From positions 330,685 to 394,684 of the forward strand of contig NMRA01000339.1 in the NCBI GenBank assembly GCA_002633005.1: a stretch of DNA of 64,000 nt, in the 5' to 3' direction. Made by a program: the position numbers and the translations under genes. This document shows positions 1 to 12,619 of the stretch, one piece after another (the stretch's first letter is position 1; each line of letters starts with the position of its first letter). Source of the DNA: Phoronis australis (Eukaryota; Animalia; Phoronida). The notes beneath the pieces were generated by a model. The model did no database searches, was not told the origin of the DNA, and saw only the letters and a list, made by a program, of their open reading frames with translations.

Positions 1-10
1 TGTTTTCCAG

Positions 11-3000
11 GATTTTAGACAGAGGAATGCATTCATTGTAACAGAATGGCCGATGAAATCGACCGTGAATGATCTCTGGAGAATGGTTTACGACGAAGAC
101 ATTTCCGCAATTGTTGTCCTTGATAAATTCGAGAACATGTCAGACAGGGTAGGTAAACTGTATTACTAGAGATCCACATTTCTTAAGAAATTATTTCAAG
201 AAATATAAATTACTTGAACATAGCGCGAGGCTCTGAAGTTGTGGAAATATTAGGAAGATTCTTAGGTTTGAATATACATATAATCATGAAAAGCGAGCCA
301 CAAATCCTGAAAGGCAGAAACTGCATTGTATGGTTCTTCTCAAGTGCTGTGCCGTGCGATACATTCATACTCTTTGTTTGTATGCCCCTCTTCTTGCATT
401 CACCACGTATCTCCATGTCTGTTTCGCTTCGTATTTGTTCATTTCAGTCATTCATTGCCTCATGGTGAGACAAGCGGTCTCGAAATACAGCCAGTGCTAT
501 AATTTGTTTGAGTCGGTGTTTTGCTACGTAGCAGGCACGCCTGAAGAAAGGATTTTGTTTCGACACTACGGCGAATCTGTATTAAGCTGTCAAACAAAAA
601 GTCCAGTCGTGTTTTTAACGAAGTTAGTGCAGAAAATGTACGTAGTAATAGAAAAGAGGAACTCCTACTAATGGCAAATATTCGATCGCGCGGCACCTGC
701 GTCTCTCGTTACTCTCAGCTGGTGAGGAGTTCTTTTATTACGTTAGAAGTGTTGCATAATGCCGGTTATATTAGTATGTAGCGTTTTATCGTGGGGGTTC
801 ATGAAGGCAAGGGACATTGGTTCATATGACAACAACACACTGCTTGTATATTTGGATAGCAATTTTAAAATTCATTGAATTTCACAATTTATATTTTGTA
901 GGGCTACCCAAAATTCTGGCCTGATGACATAATGAATGCGGTGAATTACGGAGCTCTGGATGTGGGGCTAGTTTCTTGCAAACGAGAGCCGCATTATCAA
1001 GCCAGGGTTTTCTCTGTTCAGAAGGTTGGTTAAAAGTTTAACCTCAATCACAGTGAAAACGAGAACGTTCACTGCCAAGCACCGGTAATCATGGCCTCAA
1101 AAATATGGCGATATGGTATTGGTACCGGTAGTTGTGATGATGACTAAATGCTCGACCGGGCTGGTCTCGTTCACATCCGAAGCAAATTCGAGGCTACCGA
1201 AATGCCCGAGGGAGTGTTCTTGATGTAGCCACCCTCTGTCGCCGGGCTGCTTTTCTGGTGCTTGTCATCTATAAATCCGACAGTTTTTTACTCTAGCCTA
1301 TGTTATTGTCACTCATGAGAATTCATTTCAAAAGTAAGTATTGTCAATCTTCACATTGCCCCAAATTAAGGTTAAAAACCTTAATATTCCTCTTTTACAG
1401 AAGAGACATTTCACGGAAACTCGATGGAGAAAGTCTGCCTATTTCAAGGTAGGCGTCACTTGTTTTTGATACAGTTCACGTCGAAATCCTTGTAATAGGA
1501 CTATGATGCGCCATGGCTTAACATTTTCAATCTCGCTAAAGCTAGGAGCAGAGATGCTTCAACCCTGAACTGCTTAAAAACTTTGTAATTATTGCTACGA
1601 CAAGATGGGGAAAAGCTATGGTCTGTGCCTACTGACGCTTTGATAGTCAGTTTTTTAGGCCTACCGGTGATCTAGCGAAAAATTGGCGAGACAAAAATGT
1701 AAAATGTGGTCCTTCGAAAAAGTTCCCACGCATCGGGAAAACTGATTTTCCTCTAAAAAGCAAAATTATCGGCACCGGTTAGCAGTTGTCTGTTGTATCT
1801 GAAATGTGTGATATTACAGGTCAATGAGTACGAAAGATTCCAGGTGTGCAGGATGACTGTTATTGTCGATGATTGGTTAGTGTATTACTAACATAACATT
1901 TATCAGTACGTTCAATAAAATTCCTACTTGCAGAGGTTCCAGAACATAGACAAGTCCTTTGCCAGACAGGCCAAGCGCGTCACTATGTACCATTTTGAAG
2001 GATGGGAGGATCTTCATCACGACCCGACTTCAATGTCAGCCTTGCTACAACTTGCATGTATCGTGTATCTCACCCGGCAAGAACAGCACCGGCCCGTGTG
2101 TGCCATGTCTAAGTAAGTAGAAGGTTGCTGCCTACTGTCGGGAGTCATTAATATTGTGGAGAGTTGTGTAGTCACATGGGTTGTTCAACTAGTTCTCAAT
2201 TGAGACGTACCTCGCGGGCTCATAGCGAAATCTTCAAAGCCCGGTGAAAAGAAAACAATAACGATGTTGATCGCGAATGGTTGATTCTTAAATTGGAACT
2301 TGCCTGCAGGCTAATTCCTTATTTCTGTTATTGCTTGGTCAAATTAGTCAGAGACACAAATAGGGACAATGTGCATATGACATAGGTTGAAAACTGCCTA
2401 AGAGTTTTATTATTGTGGCGAAAATGATCCGCCGCAAGTCACTGAACCAAGTCCAGTACATGTAAGCATTGTGATCGACGTGGTGCTGGAGAATTACATC
2501 GCATGATGCGGGTTATTTGAGTTCCCAATTAAGGTACGTCTTTAGTGCAAAGGTCAACTATTTGCATATTTTTGTTTTCCCATTTACAAGTTGACAATGA
2601 ATACAACTGCACTTTGTTTAGAGTAGATGGTGTCCAAATAGCATTGTCGTTCAGTTCCTGCTACACATTAGCATAGTAGGAGCATGCAAATACATGTTCA
2701 AGTAAAGGATTACATGTCAGTAGTACGAAGGAGCACTAGCCCGATGGTGCACCGTGACTAGTCCGAAGGCGTGCACGTTTCTTTGTACATGAATCTTTCG
2801 CACGTCACTGAATGAACGCGAAAAACAATTTCTAAATAATTTCAAAAATGTTACTGCGTTTGCATTCGAAGACAATTGTGTTCAACACCTAGGTAGAAAT
2901 TGTTTTTCGCGTTCATTCAGTGACGTGCGGAAGATTCATGTACAGAGAAACGTGCACGCCTTCGGACTAGTGCACCGTCGGGCTAGTGCTCCTTCGTACT

Positions 3001-3413
3001 CCGGAGAGTGGCTATTTTTGTAACGTTGGCGCAACAAGTCCATGAGTGAGCTTTCTGAGTGTAGTCACGATGTTACCGTCTTCATCGGAAATCAGAAGAC
3101 TGGTAGTCACTTTTTGCGATTATCAGTTGCCGTATAGCCATTGTTTTTCAGAGACGGTTTCAAGAAATGTGGTGTGCTTTGTGCTACAGTTATTATGCAC
3201 GACCAACTGACGTCAGAAAATGAAGTGGATATCTTCAATGCGGTTAAATCAGTCAAGCTCAATCGCCCGGAACTAGTTCCTACGTCAAAGGAGTACTCTT
3301 TGTGTTACGACATTGCTTTGGCTATGTCTCAAGAATATTTGAAGTCTGGTCCTGCAGGAACGCGCACTGTCCACAAAGATCTACCTCCAAATGCGCGCAC
3401 AAATGGACACTAA
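11..3413 (+). CDS. 3' part of a receptor-type protein tyrosine phosphatase-like gene; last (D2-like) domain is a probable pseudophosphatase; 5' end lies outside the window
   Basis: GT-AG, phase-consistent exons: 11-148 (DFRQRNAFIVTEWPMKSTVNDLWRMVYD..), 902-1024 (GYPKFWP..), 1401-1448, 1934-2112 (..YHFEGWED..PVCAMS) and 3152-3413 (KDGFKKCGVLCA..VDIFNAVKSVKLNRPELVPTSKEY..stop). The PTP motifs FIVTQxP, DFWRMV, YWP, WPD loop, P-loop and VDIFxxVKxLRxxR are recognisable but degenerate. Confidence 0.85.
2722..3000. mobile_element. MITE/fold-back element in the last PTP intron
   Basis: About 110-bp near-perfect inverted arms (agtacgaaggagcactagccc...aaaaacaatttcta / tagaaattgttttt...gggctagtgctccttcgtact) around a ~60-bp spacer. 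Confidence 0.8.
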
Positions 3414-3989
3414 CTCGTCTTAACAGTACGCCGTCTTGCGATTGTGATGTATTAGTTCAAAGCCTAGATTGAACGGTGGAATATTTAAATTTTGTTCCTG
3501 TACAGTACATGTATATATTGAAGGCGTCACGATGACCACGCTAAACTGTTCCCGTCAACGTCACCATGAGAATTCTCAATTAAACCTGCATTTCGTCCTG
3601 GGGATCTTAAACGAAACGCTTTGGATTAAAATATAAAAATAAACCCCGCTCGCACGATCTTAATTTATGCCAACTGAGTCGGCAACTCAAGTCATTGGCA
3701 ATATGTACATGCGCCAGTTTCTAATTCGTTGTTAGGGTTGGCCTACCCCAAATTCTGAAGCGTTATCGTGAGTTGATTGTCTCATGTTCTTGTTGGTAAC
3801 GGAAATAAAGTACTATCAAGGTAAAGAGACCGATTTTAGGAAAGTAGAAGGCCTAACTTGAGTTTCGTTTCAATAATTATCTAAACAGGGCGATTTGCTG
3901 CTCTAACCACGTTTTGTAAGACAGCATTTAGCTGGGTAACACCGCGCACAAAATGGTTCTATGCAACGGTTCCCGAGACAGACAATATA

Positions 3990-6300
3990 CTTTTTAAGGT
4001 GATATAAATTTATTCAGAATACACAAAACATACACTACAGGGAAAATAATGACAAACCCAGAAATCGAGGGGCATTATATCTGAGTTGTAGGCAGTACAT
4101 AGATGAAAGTATTCAAACATTTAGATATGCTATTGCAAACATATTAAAAAAACAAAAAAGGATTGTACAGATATGGTAACAGGAGCAACAACATATATAA
4201 GCGATGCATAAAAATTTACCAACACTACTTAAGAGGACTTCATTGACTGAGAAAAAGGTCGAAGTTTAGATTACCATTTAATAATAATGTAAGTTTAGTA
4301 GAGATATTACAAGAATTGAGAGCATTTTCAATTAATTGGTTTTCATTGAGTGCACGAAAGAGTGAATTCCTCTGGCATTCGATGAGGGCACATTTAAAGA
4401 AAATATGATGATAAGGTTGATGGTCACCACATTTACTGTTTGGAGGGACAAATGTTGTCCCTAAATTTGTCGGTGTTGAGGAAGAGACCGCATGTAGATC
4501 TGTACAATGCTATTTCGAGTCGATTTCGCGGGGCAACGAGAATTGTGTCAGAGCTATTGAATTTTAAAACTGTTTTTATACTAGCGAATGAGTTGCTTTC
4601 TTTAATAGAGACTGGAAGAGATTTGCAGTTCTTGATGCACAACAAAACTGTAGACCTTGTGAATGCCTGATTGAACGACGGAGGAATTGCATATAGGGCG
4701 GAAGATCTCAAACCAGTACGATGGTCTTGTCTAGTATACAGATCAAATAATTTTTTAACAGAGGCATTGTTGACATTGTTTAGTATTTTGAAAGTAATGG
4801 TGGTCTTGTGAAGATTGCGTCGAGTGGACAGTTTGGGCTACTTGAGATTATTTAAATCTTAACACTATTGGATGACCCTATAGCTGTAAGCTCCAGATAT
4901 GAGTAAGGCAGCTTGATACTGCATTTTCGCCAAATGTGGAGAGTACAAGTGTTGGCAGACTGATACATAATATCACAAAAAATCGGTGTGTGGAAGTATA
5001 AAGGATTTGAACAGGACTTCTTAATGTGTAGAATTCAGATGGTGAGAGACAAGCTTAAGTGGATTAATTAGTTTCAGAATTTTTTGTACGAGCTTCCGAA
5101 CGTGGGAAGTGAAGGAAAGCTTTTCATCTAACAGCTTGCCAAGATGTCTGTGCGACTGTTTTCTAGGAATGATTTCATCATTAAGTTTGAGGTCATAGGA
5201 TGAGTCCACATAGAAGAGAGAATTGTTAGATTTGGATAAGGTGAGATGAACGCTTTTTTATGGCTTAAAATTCAATCTCCATTCTTGTGACCAAGAGCTG
5301 AATTTATTCAAGTCATGCTGTAGCTGCAAAAAAAAAACTGCCAGGGCTGTCTCCTGCAAAGGGGTAAAAAGTGTTACATGACAGATTATCAGTAAGGTCA
5401 TTAATACATGTATAAACCAAGGAGAGAAGAGAGCCTAATACGCTACCCTGCGGTACACCTGTGTTTACAAACCCAGAATGAGATGATGTCAACGTCGACA
5501 TGAACACTGTATGTGCGATCAGAGAGATATATGATACATGTATGACGTGATCATATTTAGAACATTCCCAGTAATGCAATACGGTTGGAGTTTGTATAAT
5601 AGAAGGTCATGAGGGACACAGTCGAAAGCAGAGGTTATGTCTAGAAAGATGGATATGACACTATCGCCCTTCTCAAAATGTAAATGACTGATCTCTTGTA
5701 GGCCCTACTATTTCAACAAGTTGTGCCACGGTGCTGTTTCCAGGCAAAAATCGAAATTATTGATGATAAATCAAGTTGTTTTGTTTGAGAAATGTAAGAA
5801 TATTTTGAGTAATGACGTTTTCGAAGATTTTGGATAGGCTTTTAAGTAAAGTTATTGGGCGATAATTAAAAATGTCAGTTTTGGAGTCTTTTTGTTTATC
5901 GGGACCATAATTTCATGTTTCCAAGAAAACGGATACGCAGCTAGTTGAAGAATTTTGTTAAATATGTTGGTTAAAGGCGTGGTAATTTCGTTGGTAATTA
6001 TTTTGATCATCCTACTGGTGATAAAAACTGTGCCATCATTCTTATTGTGGTCAGTTTCATGAAGATACTTGCGGACGTCGGTTTGATAACGATAAACTTC
6101 TGATGGTAGAATCTGCATAACGTATTACTTGAAATATAAGGCCATATGGCCTGAATGCCGAATAGTGCGCTTTTTCTAAATGACCTAGAATTAAAGGCCG
6201 CCACTTTATATTCGAGTACAAGGCCATTCCGTTATTTCGGATCATTTTCATTTTTGCCAATCAGTCATGACCAACTTTGAAAATATTAATTAATACCAAA
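3990..6300 (-). mobile_element. Degenerate non-LTR retrotransposon (CR1/L2-group LINE), ORF2 reverse transcriptase and 3' end
   Basis: Frameshifted minus-strand fragments: YPFSWKHEIMVPINKK (~5900), GVPQGSVLGSLLSLVY..INDL (~5430), HRHLGKLLDEKLSFTSHV (~5130) and C-terminal LEIALYR..HHIFFKC (~4400-4520). Boundaries are approximate. Confidence 0.8.
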
Positions 6301-6749
6301 GATTAAGAAATACTGCTTGGCTAAAAGGGTCCCATAAAGTATTCAACAAGTAATACAATAAAGCAAACAAAAAACAACAGAGCACGTGTAGAGAATTCTA
6401 AAATGACAAGTACTACACACTCAGGTATACTTGGGTAGGGTATTGGCTGTACGGTGTTCGACCTGTTCACGCCTGTCGGGTGTTCTCCAAACTTCATCTG
6501 ACACTTGTGGTCAAGTATTGAAGCCTCCTCGAAGCCTGATACCCTATTTATTGGTTTTGCTGAAGCCAGCAGGGGTAATTTTAGGATCGCGTTGATCAGC
6601 TGTCAAAGTCGAACACCCTTAAAGCACTATCTGACGATCGATATGTTAATTACCTGATCTCGAGTTACGAGCATTTATTGGTCGTAACATACCACATAAA
6701 ACCGGGACAACCAATTGCACCTATAGTCATTCTCCATAGTCTTAAGTGT

Positions 6750-7510
6750 GAAAAATTGTCAGATACTGCGGCTCTTTTTCCCTGGTTTATGCCGGAGGTC
6801 TATGATATAATGAGGAATGGCGAGGCATTGCAATTGCTGGGTGGTTCTGTTGCTAAATAGAACCGTAAATTCATTGGTAGCCACATCATGATAGAGATTG
6901 GTTCTATTTCGGACCCAGTTCTCTATACATTTCCAAAAGTTTTGAACAACATCACACCACCAATATAAATGAAGCAAAGTCTCAAGTTCCCTCTTACAGA
7001 AAGTACACAGGGAGAAATTACTAACGCCAATTTTCACAAGATAAGACTAATTGCAACTGATAATTCTATGAGACGGACTAAACTGAAACCACCGAAGCTT
7101 CACACCAATTAAAAGTTCATATATTTAGACATTTTCCCACCAGTCAGAAGTACCACAGGTATAGGCTAACGGCCTATAGCAATTACCTGTAGGTCGGTCT
7201 GGCTTGCTGTTTCACTTCAGACCTACAAAGCACAAAATTGTTGTATTCCTATATATGTCTGTCCTATTTATCTGCAAATAATTTCACAAAAATGGCGTAA
7301 AAGATGCAAGCAGGTAAAAATTGCCTCTCTCCTTGATTTTCTCATTTTCAAAAAAATAGCTTTTCTGAGGCCATATAAATTCAGAAACAAGAGTCTAATA
7401 TTGAACTTTTTACAAAAGCCATCAAATGACAATAAAAACCCGCACTCGTTCAATAGATCTGAGACGTAACAAAAGAATTCCACGATTTGAGGAAACCCGG
7501 TAAACACTGC
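6750..7510 (-). mobile_element. Degenerate L1/Tx1-type LINE fragment with C-terminal zinc-binding (zf-RVT-like) region
   Basis: CTFCKRELETLLHLYWWCDVVQNFWKCIENW (6759-7037) matches the CxxC..ETxxHLFxxC motif; upstream fragment YVSDLLNECGFLLSFDGFCKKFNI (7268-7507). Confidence 0.7.
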
Positions 7511-8315
7511 GTGACGGGAGATGCTGCACTCTACAATCAGTCATTTAGAGTTCAGTTCGAAGTCCCTCCGGGCCTCTCTCGGAAAGCAGAAATTTCACGC
7601 ATAGTAATAAAGCCGGTAACTGAATCAGTATAGTGGCGTACAATGGCATGGCGTTATCAATTTACTGGCATCTGTTAAGAACTGCCACACGACTGGTATT
7701 ATCACCGAGGCTAGCCTACCGTACGCCGATGAATCCGAACGGAAAACATCAGTTTCAGGCAAGATCCGTAAGACGTTGTTGTTAGCCTCGGACAAATTCG
7801 CCATGTGAGATCAGATCACTTCCTGGTTCATGACTTCTCGTGACCTGTGTCAAACCATGCCTCAAATTTGGTGTTGATTTTTGCGTCCCGGAATTTTTTT
7901 CCGATGTGAATTAACCGATTAAAAACCTGTAGCGTAATTAAGTTTCACTCAGTAGTGCTTGTCAGTTGGGACAAAACCTTTTGTTTCTTTCAGACACTCG
8001 ATTAGCACGTGAGGAAGGGGCCCATCTCTACTTCGGTGTGTGTCGGCAGCCAATGTAAAGCCTGTAATGACGAGCTGAGTGTGCTCTAGCCGCAGTGAAA
8101 TGTAGGCCATACAAAAGGTGCTTCGTTGAGGTTACTGAGTGCTACACGAACTTTGCAGTATAGGTGGCGCTGTGTCAGAGGGTAGGTTGAGGTTCGCTGG
8201 TGTGTAATGTAGGTCATACAAAAGGTGCTTGGTTGAGGTTCGCTATATCAGTGATATAGAGAGGCTACCGCCTATCAGAGATCAGTCGCAGTTGATTTTG
8301 TTGTTGGCAAATATA

Positions 8316-11300
8316 ATGTCCGTTACTCACAGGCGTTGTCTTGGACCATCAGAGAACGGCGTGGTTCATACGGTCCGCCATAAGAACTTCATCATAGTGT
8401 ACAGCTTAGCTCTGGAGACAACTAAGCCTCTGACGAAGAACCACGTGGAGGGTGGCCTGCTTCAACTCATGGACACTTATCCCTTGTTAAAAATGAAGAT
8501 TTCTGAAGAACGCGGGGCAAAATACTTCGAAGAAGCTTCATGTAGCGGTCTCGATTTCATGCAGATGTCTGGACTTTGGTACGACTGTCACCATGTTTTA
8601 TTGGAAACACCGTTTGATGAAAACGGACCTCTCTGGCGTGCAAGATTCCTTACGGGCGGAAACAGCGACTGTAGCGCTAGTCCGAACCGTTATTACATCC
8701 TGTTAAGTTTTCATCATGCAATTACAGATGGGACGTCGATTTTAGTCATGACGGACACTCTCATGAAAATCTTAAGTGCAAAGGTTGTCGACGACGAGTT
8801 GAGTCGCCACGGTCCCGTGAGTGTGACACCGCCACAAGAAGATTTGCTGACAAGACGCGATTATAAATGGTCTGAAGTAAGCAGGTTATGGAAGAAAATC
8901 AAGTCTTGGGAAAACATTCCGTGTTCATGGGCTGCGTGCTTCCCCGGTAAGGTATATTGCAACCTCATGAAGGTCAAAGGACCCTCCGAGTTGTTGATTG
9001 GGCCTATTTTCACATACGACCGTCAGCGAGTGTGAACAGGGCAGTGCAGCGACTGTGGTCAAACTCTTGAACATCTATAGCTGGAATTCTCCATGTAAAA
9101 ATTAACAGTTTTAATAATGTACGTTCAACATATTTATATGTGGACGCATTACTGCCGTCATCTCCGGCGTCCGCTGCTCTATCTCCAAAACCCTTTGACG
9201 CACGTTCATGAAATTTTGCACACATGTTCCTATCATAGATGGGATGGCATGAGCGAACTTTCGGATCCGACTACAGGTGTGCCCCCTAGTGGCAATTTTA
9301 GTTTTACGCTTACCTCGATCTATATCGTCAAAGGCCTAAACGTATTTTCATAAAATTTGACATATAGGCTCTATATTAGTGAGATGACGATATCCTCCCG
9401 TTTTCGGATGGATTCGACGCAGTTTGCGCCACCTAGTGGCCATTTTTGCTGTTTTCGAGTCTGTTTTTTTGGCGTCCACCCCTCTATCAACAAACCCGTT
9501 CTAAGGATGATCGTGGAAATGTATGTATTTATTATGAAGAGGACGGCTGACGATGATTTTCCGATGATTTCGACTACTGTGGCGCCTCCTAGTGGCAGTT
9601 TTGTCCCCTTTTGCAAGTGTATTCATGACGACGACTTTCCGACGGATCTGACTATCATTGTGCCCCCTAGTGGCAATTTATTTTTTTACGTTTACCTCTG
9701 TATCTTTAAAGGTCCTCAAGGTATTTTCATAAAGTTTGGAATATAGACACCTACATGTATTAGTGAGGTGACGCTATCCTCCCGTTTTCGGATAGATTCG
9801 ACGTAGTTTGCGTCACCTAGGGGCCATTTTTGATGTTATCTAGTCTGTTTTTTGGCGTCCACCCTTCTATCAACCAAACCACGAATTCAGTTCCCATTTA
9901 AAGCAATTTATGAGGCCTGTTCATTATCTTGCGTAGTTAGGAACACTAACTCTCAGAATTAAAACAAAAACAAAGGAAGGACCACAAGGCACCTCGCACG
10001 CTAAAACTATTTGTACGCAAGTGGACGGGAATGCGTGCATCCGACACCCCACAATTTCTGGGTGAGATGTAGCTGTAGTAAACCAACACGCCTGTTTACC
10101 GCGTGAATTTCAAAGTAAAGAAAACGAAAAATAAGTAAGGCAAACGACCTACATTATTGTTTTTAAAATTGAAAAGTATAAATGTAGTAACCGTCTTTGA
10201 ATTTTTACATTCTCTGCGTTATTAGAGAAACTGGCGAATTTTTTTTTTCTGCATCGCGGCTAATCCACGAGCATTAATTTGTGAATGAATTAGGACGTGT
10301 TAGTCACAGTTTGGCTTTGGCTTAGGCTTGCGTCGGCGTTGGGGTTACAAGACTCCAAATGTTAGCGTAGGAGTTGTCTCATGTCGAAGTCAAAAACGAA
10401 TATTAAGTAAGGCAAACGTCAAAAATGACTGTTTTAAGGTCGAAAAATGAAGATTAGCCGTCTTCGAATTTTCAAAATTGGAGCATTATAAGAGAAATTA
10501 TAGCGAATACGTTTTCTTCAGCAGCGCGGATGAGCCACGTACAAAGGACAGGTTAGTTACGCTTATAGCGTTGGCGTGACGAAATGTTAGTGTACGGGGT
10601 GCCTCATGCTTCTCCCTAAAACATGAATGAAAATCAGAGTTTCCAGAGATGGCGCTGCACTGATAAGTGGATTAACATTCGCTGTCTCTATAAACGCGCA
10701 TACACGCTCAACAAAATACGCCAGAGTTGTACACGTGTGCAAAATTTATTGTTCCGTGAATGAAAAGAATTTGCTGCGCAGTTTTACTGACTGAGTGAGG
10801 ACTATGTTCTAGACCTTGTCACAAAAAATATTTGCACATACTTATTAAATAAAGATGAAATTCCAGTTTAGCTTACAGAAACACTTTTCAAAACCTTTAT
10901 CAGGCTGGGTAAGTGTCAACCTTTTTTGACGGCTGCTGAGAGCAAAGTTTACCCAGCTACGTCGAACGGCAACTGGGAGCCGCACTCTCATGGCAATGCT
11001 GTGCTTAAGCTTGAAATCAAGTATGCGTATGCGTGAACTTGGAACACCTGCGGAAGCACGGCAAGTTCACTCATATAACCATGTTCTCGTTGATAAACGT
11101 TTATACTGCACTTAAACAAATCACATGTTTGTAAATAATGAAAAATTTAACCAACTTTTATTGACTTTATCAACTATTGGCGATCTTAGTCACCAAACAA
11201 AAGTTAATTAACAGTTCACATTTTCCTCTAATTCCTTGTCACAAGTTCCGGCGGTAAGGGAGAAAATTGGTGATTGTGTGCCCAACAATTACAAAAATCA

Positions 11301-12582
11301 TTTACACTGAACAAGAAATATCATTTGATTGCCTAAGTGAGTACTCAATTACGAGGTCACGCATACATGACTTGTAAGTCGCGTTTACAAATCGCAGCAC
11401 TGACCCTGGTCACCTGAAAACAGTTACCATATACCATCTGTATTTCCAATGCAGTAAACCTAATCTGATAGAAATAATTACAAGCGCACGATTTTCGAAC
11501 AATGATTTGCACACTCATTTAACTCGGTTATGTGTTTATGAATAAGCTCAACTTGCTGCTTGGCTGAGGCGTGCCTTCCTGCCGCCAGAATACCTTTGAT
11601 GCCATAAGAGACCGCACAGGGTAATGCACATCGTCTAGTAGAATTGGTGGAGCAAGGTCTGTAAACGATATTCTCATGTCGTGTACGTACGCGATATGAA
11701 AACTAGTTCAGGCACAGCATCAAAGCATCAAAACCATTTTGGCTGAAATCGCCAAAACTGTGTTTACCAGACTATCCATTCATGCTCTGAGTGAATAGTA
11801 TTAGTTGTTTGACCCTTTATGTACTGTGTATTGCTTTGTTTCCAAGCTTCATATTTCTTCGTGTTTTAGTTATGGTGGAAAACAACCGGAAAACAAAGCT
11901 TTTGCGAGGTGGCAACCTAGATGCAAACAGCACGGAATCGTTGATCAAGCGATGCAAAGAAGAGCGGGCAACTGTCAACGGAGCTGTAATGGCAGCCATC
12001 AACATAGCAATGTACAATCATTTTGTCGCAAAAGGGCACATCAGCTGTGGCAGTGAGCTACCACTTAGAGCGGAAGTCGATGTCAACCTACGCAGATTTT
12101 TAGATAAGAAATACGCTTCTGCTTGCGGCTTGTATATGAATATTTTAGTTGCCTCGTTTGTTGTAAAAAGTGACTCGCTTGCAAACTTTTGGCAGGCGGC
12201 AAGGTACGCCACTGAATGCACTCATAAAGAGATGTCCGATGAATTTGTTATGCGCATCCTCACGCTCGACACTGTCAATGACATGGAAAGAACCATGCGC
12301 GAACAACAAGAGAAACCGTCATGTCACTTAGACTATGCGATATCCAACTTGGGCGACATTTCATCAAAATTCCCAGGTGTGTACGAAAACTTGGAAGTCC
12401 TTTGGTTTAATCAGTCGACAAGTTGTCAAGACCAGGGTTATCCATTTTGTTTCTTCGCAGAAACATTTCGCAGAAAGCTGCATTTGAACGCTGACATTGT
12501 AAGTCACCATGTGAGCGAAACAGACGCCCGAACGATCATTGACCAGGCCATTCAGACCTTACGTCAGTCGACATCATCTTGA
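8316..12582 (+). CDS. Standalone CoA-dependent acyltransferase of the condensation-domain / alcohol acetyltransferase fold, ~447 aa, 2 coding exons
   Basis: Exon 8316-8946 (MSVTHRRCLGPSE..YPLLKMKI..ETPFDENGPLWRA..LSFHHAITDGTS..) ends ccg|gtaagg in phase 1. Exon 11870-12582 starts ttttag|tt and continues in frame (..LIKRCKEERATVNGAVMAA..VDVNLRRFL..ISNLG..stop). The HHxxxDG catalytic motif is intact. Confidence 0.85.
9100..9890 (+). repeat. Interspersed repeat with internal ~385-bp duplication carrying CTCF-like motifs
   Basis: The tattagtgag..tatcctcccgttttcggat..gattcgacg block recurs at ~9373 and ~9758. GYGCC.CCTAGTGGC occurs at 9279, 9426, 9582 and 9660. A homologous reverse-complement copy lies at ~40650-40990. 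Confidence 0.7.
10110..10620. repeat. Diverged ~270-bp tandem duplication in the acyltransferase intron
   Basis: aaaacgaa..taagtaaggcaaacg..ccgtctt.gaattttt..agagaaa..gcgaat recurs at ~10121 and ~10393. Confidence 0.55.
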
Positions 12583-12619
12583 ACCTGATATCGCCTGCTT
12601 CATTCTTACCTGTTTATCG

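Noticed and set aside
8229-8315. N-terminal extension of the acyltransferase ORF from a TTG start; ORF tail 8947-9035 and ORF head 11791-11869
   Set aside because: Eukaryotic gene: the first ATG is at 8316, and the other segments lie beyond the splice sites.
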